Source of the DNA: a virus
DNA length: 33,649 nt
IMG/VR virus record: IMGVR_UViG_3300016665_000159
Location: 1 to 33,649 of that record
Direction: 5' to 3' (one strand)
Shown piece after piece: positions 23,366 through 29,277 of this stretch (position 1 is its first letter; every line of letters begins with the position of its first letter). The translations under genes were made by a program, and so were the position numbers. The notes beneath the pieces were generated by a model. The model saw only the letters and a program-made list of their open reading frames with translations. It was not told where the DNA came from and did not search any database.

Positions 23366-24339
23366 TAGAATGGTAATTGTTCATCTGTTAATGGTTTAAA
23401 TTCGTTTACTTCCCTACCTATATTCATTAGGTTTGCTGGTTTTATAGGCTCGTTTTTTGGTATAAAAGCATCTGTTTGTACTTCTTTTGGTCTTTTAATA
23501 ACATCTTTACCACCACATTTAAAGCCAAACCCAAAGTTATAATCAAAAAATATAGGTTGTTCATTTAAAGTTTGCCTTCCACCTGTATCAGTATCTTTAA
23601 TCTTTTTTACTTCTACTAGTGTTGTAAATCTTAAATTTTCATGTCCATTAAAACGATGAATAATTATAAAATCATCTGCTTTATTTGAAAAAGGTTTACC
23701 ACCTTCAATATCATCTTTAAAAGGAAACATTATATGACCCTCCCAGTTATGACCTTTTGGATATACAGCTTGTTTACGACCAGCAGCAGTTGATGGATGT
23801 GCATTTATATAAATAGTTTTTCCTGTACGTTTACAAAACATTTTAAGTTCGTTTAAAACATCGTAATTACCTGCATAAGTCATTGAAGATTTTAAAGCAT
23901 TAAAAGGATCTATTAAATAAACATCTGTATTTGTTTCGTTAAACACGTTTAAAAGTTCCTCTGGAGTGTATCTTTTAGTATTGTCTACAAACTTAAAATG
24001 ATGCTCTAATTTAATTAAACCTTTTTTAATTTCAAGTTCAGTCATTTCTTCTATTGGCTTTGCTAAATACATTTTAAGCATATCTCTTAAAACTTTGTAA
24101 GGTGGGTTTTCGTCCATAAACAAAGTAAAAGTTAAGTTATGATTTGTCGCTAAAGCTAAAAAATACCACTCCATAAAATAAGTTTTACCAACGTTATCAT
24201 GTCCAAGTGCAAAATTCAATTGTCCATGCTTATGAACAAAATGTTCATCAAAATGAATACCTAATTCAAGACCTCTAGGTATTAAACCATTTTTATAATC
24301 TAAAATAGTTTGTGTTGAATGTCCGTCTTTAAGTATCAT
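23365..24339 (-). CDS. DnaB/RepA-like RecA-fold P-loop ATPase, putative replicative helicase (324 aa)
   Basis: It has a Walker A motif (GHDNVGKT) and a Walker B-like motif (DVYLIDPFNAL). The C-terminus ends in LTDEQLPF. Confidence 0.5.
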   Translation of the reverse strand: MILKDGHSTQTILDYKNGLIPRGLELGIHFDEHFVHKHGQLNFALGHDNVGKTYFMEWYFLALATNHNLTFTLFMDENPPYKVLRDMLKMYLAKPIEEMTELEIKKGLIKLEHHFKFVDNTKRYTPEELLNVFNETNTDVYLIDPFNALKSSMTYAGNYDVLNELKMFCKRTGKTIYINAHPSTAAGRKQAVYPKGHNWEGHIMFPFKDDIEGGKPFSNKADDFIIIHRFNGHENLRFTTLVEVKKIKDTDTGGRQTLNEQPIFFDYNFGFGFKCGGKDVIKRPKEVQTDAFIPKNEPIKPANLMNIGREVNEFKPLTDEQLPF

Positions 24340-24992
24340 ACTTTTCCTGTTTGTTGATAAACATGTAATACTAACTTATCAGTAATTTCTATTCCCTCTG
24401 GAGTTACAAATAAAACTTCTTTTTTAAATTCTTTTTGCTTAAAACTTTCACTTCTTTTACTCCAATTCAATAATCTTAATTTTACATCAAAAGATTTTTC
24501 CTTTTCAAACCTCATCTTTTTATCCTTTTCACCATGTTCAGTCCAATACATATAAAAGTTGTTTAACATCTCTCTATTGTATAATTCTAAATAAGGTTCT
24601 AAAGAAATAGCAAAACTTGTTTTGCGATCTTTAATATTATTTATTACTTTATCTTTTACATTTACATTTACATTATCATTTACATTGTTATTGTTATTGT
24701 TATTAGTTTCTGTTTTGCTTTCATCTTGATTATTTTTTGCTTCTGTTTTGCTTTCTGTTTGCTTGTTTTTTGGTTTCTTTCCGTTTTCAAATCGCTTTAT
24801 ATTAGCATCAATTTGTGGTTTTATTAAAGTCCATATTGTTTTGCTAACACCTGACAATTCAGTTACTTCAAAGTCTAAACCATAAGTAAAAATCGCATTA
24901 TAAATTTCTCCTTGTGTTTCTAATGGTAGTTCTTTGATTGCTTCATAAAAACTACGGTAAAATATCATTGAATCTCTCATAACTAATCGCAT
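24336..24992 (-). CDS. Replication-region protein with an N-rich low-complexity linker (218 aa); possible origin-binding/initiator protein
   Basis: The N-terminal FYRSFYEAIKELPLETQGEIYNAIFTYGL resembles a Bacteroidetes phage/plasmid family found with replication genes. The central part is ...ESKTEAKNNQDESKTETNNNNNNVNDNVNVNV. It is translationally coupled to the ATPase gene. Confidence 0.3.
   Translation of the reverse strand: MRLVMRDSMIFYRSFYEAIKELPLETQGEIYNAIFTYGLDFEVTELSGVSKTIWTLIKPQIDANIKRFENGKKPKNKQTESKTEAKNNQDESKTETNNNNNNNVNDNVNVNVKDKVINNIKDRKTSFAISLEPYLELYNREMLNNFYMYWTEHGEKDKKMRFEKEKSFDVKLRLLNWSKRSESFKQKEFKKEVLFVTPEGIEITDKLVLHVYQQTGKV
24655..24755. repeat. In-frame hexanucleotide tract plus a 15-bp direct repeat inside the 218-aa ORF
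   Basis: Eight tandem hexamers of tttaca/ttatca/ttgtta type lie at 24655-24702 and encode NNNNNNVNDNVNVNV. The sequence ttctgttttgctttc occurs at 24708-24722 and 24741-24755, 33 nt apart, and encodes the ESKTE repeats. Confidence 0.8.
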
Positions 24993-25309
24993 AAAGAATT
25001 TTCAATCTCATTTATTAAACTCTCCATTTCTTTACATATAATTCTGTAATTGCTAACTGCAAAAACACAAGATTTATAATTTAAAAAATCATGGTTGTTT
25101 AATTTATCAAATGCAACATTACTCCAATGTTTAGCACATTTTTTCATTTGGATAAAATCACATTTATCATGTTGTTTAAAATGGTTATGAATAAAAAAAA
25201 CGATTTGTTTTTCTTTTGTGTTTGCTTTTAATAGACTTTCAAAAGCGCATTCGATGAAAAATAATGAATCTTCATAATTCTCATACTGTTTTTGTAATTT
25301 TTCTCTCAT
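24983..25309 (-). CDS. Hypothetical protein (108 aa)
   Basis: ORF track entry. It is the first gene after the strong terminator at 25322-25371. Confidence 0.45.
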   Translation of the reverse strand: MREKLQKQYENYEDSLFFIECAFESLLKANTKEKQIVFFIHNHFKQHDKCDFIQMKKCAKHWSNVAFDKLNNHDFLNYKSCVFAVSNYRIICKEMESLINEIENSLCD

Positions 25310-25321
25310 AATATATGATAA

Positions 25322-25371
25322 TAAAAAAACCGTATTAAGTCTCGGGCATCCACTCCCTTAACCTAATACGG
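25322..25371 (-). terminator. Strong intrinsic terminator in the 148-nt gap between the HNH-like gene and the 108-aa gene
   Basis: On the minus strand, CCGTATTAGGTT ... GAGACTTAATACGG forms 8 Watson-Crick pairs extended by G-U, G-C, U-A and U-G pairs. The extension pairs only in the minus-sense RNA. Seven T residues follow. Confidence 0.65.
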
Positions 25372-25433
25372 CATATTTTGTTGTAAAATAAACTTGTTTA
25401 GTGTAATCGCTTATTGTGGATGACGGCTATTAC
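25322..25433 (-). ncRNA. Candidate small RNA or attenuated leader of roughly 110 nt
   Basis: A TATATTTG box (25446-25439) is followed by a 5-prime hairpin (GTAATAGC/GCGATTAC, 25433-25403). An A/U-rich linker comes next, then the terminator at 25371-25322. No ORF longer than 3 codons is present. Confidence 0.25.
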
Positions 25434-25457
25434 GTTTACAAATATAACCTTTTTATT

Positions 25458-25727
25458 TTAATAAACAATCAAATTGTCTATATGATTATTAAAAACATTT
25501 TTATCTTTTCTTACTACCTTTTTAAATTCAGGTGTGATAAACTTTCTTACCACCTCACTTGCTACATATATCGTTTTAAATCGACTTGCATTCTCTAATG
25601 TTAGTCTAACTCTAGTAGAGTGTTTACCTTTTAAGAATGGCTTTAAGAACGTGTTTCTTTCATCGTTACGTATTCTACCAAAATTAGAGATTGAATACTG
25701 CCCTTTTAAATGTTTCCAAGTTTCCAT
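25458..25727 (-). CDS. Miniature NUMOD4/HNH-type homing endonuclease-like protein (89 aa)
   Basis: The N-terminus WKHLKGQYSISNFGRIRN is a NUMOD4-like motif. The C-terminus VRKDKNVFNNHIDNLIV resembles the HNH_3 ...D...NN...NL motif, but the first His is replaced. Confidence 0.5.
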   Translation of the reverse strand: METWKHLKGQYSISNFGRIRNDERNTFLKPFLKGKHSTRVRLTLENASRFKTIYVASEVVRKFITPEFKKVVRKDKNVFNNHIDNLIVY

Positions 25728-25733
25728 ATTAAT

Positions 25734-26132
25734 TCATTTTCCGTGATTTTTATACATTAAATAACCTTTGCTACCATATTTATAACTGTCTCCTTTTTCT
25801 TTGTTTTTACTTCTTATTTTATTATCCCAAAAATTTGATGCCATTATTTTAAAAGCTTTTTCTTCATCTCTATTGTTAATTAAATGAGTGTAAAATTTAC
25901 CTCTCATAACTCTATCTTTTGAAGGTTTTATCAATCTAAATTCTTCTGTAATGCCTAACTCATCCAAAATATCAGGAATGAAATCTATTTTTTCTAAACC
26001 ATAATATATATCAATTAGCAAATTATGTTTATTTAAATCAAGTAACATTTGAACAGATAAATCTCTGTATTCAGCATACCCAAAACCTAAAATAGATTTT
26101 CTTGTTAATACTCTTTTTAATACTCTACTCAT
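25734..26132 (-). CDS. Hypothetical protein (132 aa from the ATG at 26132)
   Basis: The track start at 26168 lies inside the promoter/operator. The ATG at 26132 (MSRVLKRV) lies 23 nt after the -7-like box. Confidence 0.45.
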   Translation of the reverse strand: MSRVLKRVLTRKSILGFGYAEYRDLSVQMLLDLNKHNLLIDIYYGLEKIDFIPDILDELGITEEFRLIKPSKDRVMRGKFYTHLINNRDEEKAFKIMASNFWDNKIRSKNKEKGDSYKYGSKGYLMYKNHGK

Positions 26133-26155
26133 TTCTTTAAATTTTAAATACCTTA

Positions 26156-26195
26156 TAAATATATACAAATAACTTATACAACAAATAAAGGTTAT
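26156..26195 (-). promoter_or_regulatory. Promoter with a palindromic operator (site C)
   Basis: The minus strand reads ATAACCTTTATTTGTTGTATAAGTTAT (26195-26169), then TTGTA, then TATATTTA (26163-26156). The ATG at 26132 is 23 nt downstream. Confidence 0.5.
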
Positions 26196-26200
26196 ACTTT

Positions 26201-26380
26201 TTAATTATTTTCTAATATTTCATTAATATATTCTCGAAGTTTAGCGTTGTCCTCTCGCAGTTCTTCTAATAAATCTAGGACTAGGTAGCGGTCGTACTCA
26301 GGCATCTCACAATGTTGAATTATATCAATCGCTGAATCAATCGAAGGACAGGTAAATGGTATTGGTGCTTTATCGTACAT
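26201..26380 (-). CDS. Unlisted small protein (59 aa): MYDKAPIPFTCPSIDSAIDIIQHCEMPEYDRYLVLDLLEELREDNAKLREYINEILENN
   Basis: Hand-checked, with 60 triplets and no internal stop. Its start overlaps the end of the upstream ORF. Confidence 0.45.
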   Translation of the reverse strand: MYDKAPIPFTCPSIDSAIDIIQHCEMPEYDRYLVLDLLEELREDNAKLREYINEILENN

Positions 26381-26621
26381 TGTTCAATTTGTTATCGTAA
26401 AACAATAAAATTTCTTCTTCACTCTTAAAGTTGTGAACTTCATACTTGTTAGTATCAAAATTAAAATATACACAACTTCTTTGATCCTTTGTTTTTTCTA
26501 GGATACACTCATCACAATTTAACAGCATACCTTTGTATTTTTTAATTTGATATTTCCTATTGTTAGGTGTAAAGTCAGATAGTGGTTTTTCTACCTGACA
26601 CGTAAAGCATTTTCTTTTCAT
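26370..26621 (-). CDS. Small Cys-pair (zinc-ribbon-like) protein (83 aa)
   Basis: It contains CFTC...CDEC pairs. ORF track entry. Confidence 0.45.
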   Translation of the reverse strand: MKRKCFTCQVEKPLSDFTPNNRKYQIKKYKGMLLNCDECILEKTKDQRSCVYFNFDTNKYEVHNFKSEEEILLFYDNKLNNVR

Positions 26622-26623
26622 AA

Positions 26624-27034
26624 CTATCCTAAAAAACCTCCTGTTTCTTCTCCTTTTCTTAATTGAGTCAATAACTTTTCAATGTAAAGAGATGCATCCA
26701 TTAGCTCTTCCTGAAGGTGTATAAGGAAATTATCCGCATTATTATCCTGTAAGGTAGTGCCATATTTACTTATCCCTAATTTAGAGCGTTGTTGATACTT
26801 GTTAATTACACTTTCTACAATAGAATCTTTTTTTTCCATTTCGAAGTGATCGTTTTCAGTATTAAACCAAAGTTTATTACCAAAATTATCTACTATTGAG
26901 AAAGTATTCATGGACCAGCTTTGATCTGTTACCCTATAAGTAGCACCTACAATTAAAGCATTTCTATTACCATTCGGGTGACCAGCACCATAAACATACT
27001 GCTTAATACATTTTACTTCGTCTCCAATTTTCAT
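26624..27034 (-). CDS. Two-domain protein (136 aa); the C-terminal half is possibly a MazG-like/dNTP-pyrophosphohydrolase-type helical domain
   Basis: The C-terminal KYQQRSKLGISKYGTTLQDNN...LIHLQEELMDASLYIEKL resembles phage dATP/dGTP pyrophosphohydrolase N-terminal-type helices. The match is weak. Confidence 0.3.
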   Translation of the reverse strand: MKIGDEVKCIKQYVYGAGHPNGNRNALIVGATYRVTDQSWSMNTFSIVDNFGNKLWFNTENDHFEMEKKDSIVESVINKYQQRSKLGISKYGTTLQDNNADNFLIHLQEELMDASLYIEKLLTQLRKGEETGGFLG

Positions 27035-27285
27035 AATACACTCTTAATATTTATTTTTTCTACTAGTTTTCGCATCCTATCCGTGTTATATTGGAAGGAC
27101 TGAATTTGTTTATCTGTTAACTTATCCGTGCTATTTTCAGCAAGGTCAACAATAACGTTGTAAAAGTTTTCAAATAGTTCCATGTTATTCTTTTTGAATA
27201 GGTTGTTGTCGTCCAATTCTTCTAATTTTTCTAGTGTAACTTGTGATAATAAAATCACCTGATACATAATGTTTAGCTGTTTCAT
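27031..27285 (-). CDS. Hypothetical protein (84 aa)
   Basis: ORF track entry with 4-nt overlaps on both sides. Confidence 0.45.
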   Translation of the reverse strand: MKQLNIMYQVILLSQVTLEKLEELDDNNLFKKNNMELFENFYNVIVDLAENSTDKLTDKQIQSFQYNTDRMRKLVEKINIKSVL

Positions 27286-27509
27286 TTTTTATAGGTGTTA
27301 AAATAATCGTTAAATGCTTTATCTAAATCGCATCTATCTACGTGCCATCTATCCTGATATCCTTGATGGTATGCTTGTTTTATTTGCTCTTCAAAAAGCT
27401 CCTCTAAGGCTTTAAAATCGCTTTCAAAACGTTCTAAATCTTCTTTATCGAAATATTGTTTAACATCATTAAACATTAATCGACACATATATGTAGTACT
27501 TTCAATCAT
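27282..27509 (-). CDS. Hypothetical protein (75 aa)
   Basis: ORF track entry with 4-nt overlaps on both sides. Confidence 0.45.
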   Translation of the reverse strand: MIESTTYMCRLMFNDVKQYFDKEDLERFESDFKALEELFEEQIKQAYHQGYQDRWHVDRCDLDKAFNDYFNTYKK

Positions 27510-27826
27510 AACTTGTCAAATATTATTTTTTCATCAATAGATAAATCTTTATAACTTGGTATTTTATACCCTTGTATCATTTCTTCTTCATGAAAGTAAG
27601 TTTCATTCCTAGATCCTAGCTCAACTTTTATGCATGGTTTATATGCTATTATTTCACTTATTCCATTTTGTGAAGTATTCATTATATTTTGAACTTGCAG
27701 AAGTTTATAACCTTGTGAAATATAACTTAGAGCTTTATTTCTTAAAATAATTCTTTCAGTTACTGTCATTTTAGATAATTCTATAATATCAATTTTCATA
27801 ACGCCCAGTATTTGGATTAAAACCAC
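27506..27826 (-). CDS. Hypothetical protein with an HTH-like segment (106 aa; an alternative start at 27799 is possible)
   Basis: ORF track entry. The segment ERIILRNKALSYISQGYKLLQVQNIMNTSQNGISEII looks HTH-like. Confidence 0.4.
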   Translation of the reverse strand: MVLIQILGVMKIDIIELSKMTVTERIILRNKALSYISQGYKLLQVQNIMNTSQNGISEIIAYKPCIKVELGSRNETYFHEEEMIQGYKIPSYKDLSIDEKIIFDKL

Positions 27827-27974
27827 TATAATCTATAGTTTCGTAGTTACGTACTTTTTCTCTTCTCTCACGTACTTTATTTCTATACTCGGATCTTTCT
27901 TCCATTTTAGTAAGAAGTACCTTTACAACGTATAAAAAAGATATCATTACGCCTAGATATATTATTTTGTCCAT
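27789..27974 (-). CDS. Small membrane-anchored protein (61 aa)
   Basis: It has an N-terminal hydrophobic helix (IIYLGVMISFLYVVKVLL) followed by a basic tail. Confidence 0.4.
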   Translation of the reverse strand: MDKIIYLGVMISFLYVVKVLLTKMEERSEYRNKVRERREKVRNYETIDYSGFNPNTGRYEN

Positions 27975-28243
27975 GTTATTTTGTTGTTTTGTTTAATTGG
28001 ATAAATTTTTTCGCTTATTAGAGTGTCAAATAATAGTTCTAACTCTTTGTTAGTTTCTCGGCTGTTTAGCTTTAAAACGTTCTTGTAACATATTCCGATT
28101 ACTTCCTGTATTTCGTTTAGCTTAAATCGGTTTGCTTTTAATCGTTTAATGGCTATCACTTTAAGTTGTGTCCATTCTAACGTATTAGGGACTTCTTTCA
28201 AAAAGTAGTCTTTGTACGTTTGTAGTAGTGTTTTATCTCGCAT
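27962..28243 (-). CDS. First early gene: small HTH-like protein (93 aa), candidate regulator
   Basis: Its ATG lies 21 nt downstream of the -7 box at 28265-28272. The segment RFKLNEIQEVIGICYKNVLKLNSR looks like a helix-turn-helix. Confidence 0.4.
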   Translation of the reverse strand: MRDKTLLQTYKDYFLKEVPNTLEWTQLKVIAIKRLKANRFKLNEIQEVIGICYKNVLKLNSRETNKELELLFDTLISEKIYPIKQNNKITWTK

Positions 28244-28264
28244 ATTTTTTAATTTTTATATACA

Positions 28265-28305
28265 CAAAGATATATAAAATAACTTAACTACAAAATAAAA
28301 GTTAT
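28265..28305 (-). promoter_or_regulatory. Early promoter with a palindromic operator (site B)
   Basis: The minus strand reads ATAACTTTTATTTTGTAGTTAAGTTAT (28305-28279), then TTTATA, then TATCTTTG (28272-28265). A TTG inside the dyad spacer lies 18 nt upstream of the box. The ATG of the next gene is 21 nt downstream. Confidence 0.55.
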
Positions 28306-28333
28306 ATTTTCTAAGAATATTTTAATATTTGAT

Positions 28334-28528
28334 TTACTTGTTAAGGAGATAAAACTCTAGAAGTCTATCATAATAAGCCAAATATCTACGATTTCCCGAA
28401 TGGGCTTTTAAATAAGAAATATTTAAGTCAATGAATTTTTGAGGATCGGTAATTTTCCCATGTGTAAGATTAAGGTTTTTAAACTCTTTAATCTCTTTTA
28501 GTTTTTGCTCTAAGTCAGATAGTTTCAT
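28334..28528 (-). CDS. Hypothetical protein (64 aa) between the late-operon terminator and the first operator-promoter
   Basis: ORF track entry. Its ATG immediately follows the T-tract of the terminator at 28533-28560. Confidence 0.4.
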   Translation of the reverse strand: MKLSDLEQKLKEIKEFKNLNLTHGKITDPQKFIDLNISYLKAHSGNRRYLAYYDRLLEFYLLNK

Positions 28529-28532
28529 ACAA

Positions 28533-28560
28533 TAAAAAAAAGGCTACCGAAATAGCCTTA
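28533..28560 (-). terminator. Intrinsic terminator closing the late (lysis) operon
   Basis: The minus strand reads AAGGCTA TTTCGG TAGCCTT TTTTTT, about 48 nt after the endolysin stop. Confidence 0.7.
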
Positions 28561-28607
28561 ATTGTTTAATTTAAAATTTGAAAAGAATGAACAATCAAAT
28601 ATAGTAA

Positions 28608-29075
28608 TTATTTTCTTATCTCAAAGTGCATGAAATCGTAATTTTTTTCTACACCTAAAGAAATAAATCCATGCTTATAGAAAATGTTAATCATTGGTTG
28701 GTATTCAGGTCGTGCAAATCTCGCTGTACTTTTGGTTTCTTTTAACGTATTCCTTGCAGGATCAAGATCGATGGCTACTCCCCAACTATGTTTACTCCAA
28801 TCAGTACCACCTCGCATTTTTCTAAAGTTGAAAGTACCTCCGTATAAATCTATTCCTAATTCTACTATTTTCTCATAACCATAATGTGCTAATAAGTCAT
28901 TGAAAACCGCTTTAAAGTTCTCAGCAACTAATTTATGTACACTTATACGTTTTACTTTAGTGTTTAAATCCCATGCCAATCTCATAGGATAAGGCAAATC
29001 AATTGCTACAAGGTAACCAGCACCTGTTTCGTTAGGTTTACCATACTTTTCAATTAGTTGTTTAGTTGTTAGCAT
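28608..29075 (-). CDS. Endolysin, M15 (VanY/T5-type L-alanyl-D-glutamate) zinc peptidase (155 aa)
   Basis: It has the H-x6-D ... H zinc ligand pattern (SKHSWGVAIDLDP ... NYDFMHFE). It is the last gene of the late block, overlaps the holin-like ORF and is followed by a terminator. Confidence 0.8.
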   Translation of the reverse strand: MLTTKQLIEKYGKPNETGAGYLVAIDLPYPMRLAWDLNTKVKRISVHKLVAENFKAVFNDLLAHYGYEKIVELGIDLYGGTFNFRKMRGGTDWSKHSWGVAIDLDPARNTLKETKSTARFARPEYQPMINIFYKHGFISLGVEKNYDFMHFEIRK

Positions 29076-29277
29076 TACCTTCTACTGTTAATTGTGAAAT
29101 AACTCCTACAACACCTCCTGCTGTAGCCATATAACCTGCTAATGTAACTATACCTGCTGGTAAACTAACTGGTGCAGATAATATCACTGCACTGATTCCT
29201 GCTAATGATAAGCCTATTGTTTGCACTTTCTTCCAAAACTTTGGAGTCGGTGCTTTAAATCTTTCTATTATATTCAT
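29062..29277 (-). CDS. Holin candidate (71 aa, two TM helices)
   Basis: TIGLSLAGISAVILSAPVSL and GIVTLAGYMATAGGVVGVISQL are two hydrophobic helices followed by a polar C-terminus. The ORF overlaps the endolysin start by 14 nt. Confidence 0.6.
   Translation of the reverse strand: MNIIERFKAPTPKFWKKVQTIGLSLAGISAVILSAPVSLPAGIVTLAGYMATAGGVVGVISQLTVEGNANN

Noticed and set aside
341-28878. All plus-strand ORFs in the track: 341..547, 2140..2361, 2484..2750, 3666..3905, 8366..8572, 8758..8976, 8817..9065, 13278..13475, 13684..13938, 14372..14578, 16343..16555, 17460..17717, 25416..25598, 25534..25746 and 28684..28878.
   Set aside because: Each lies antisense to a longer, better supported minus-strand ORF, or across minus-strand gaps that are filled by small co-directional ORFs and signals. 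Their products are low-complexity, Leu/Ser/Phe-rich, as expected from the reverse complement of AT-rich coding DNA. None has promoter or terminator context on the plus strand.
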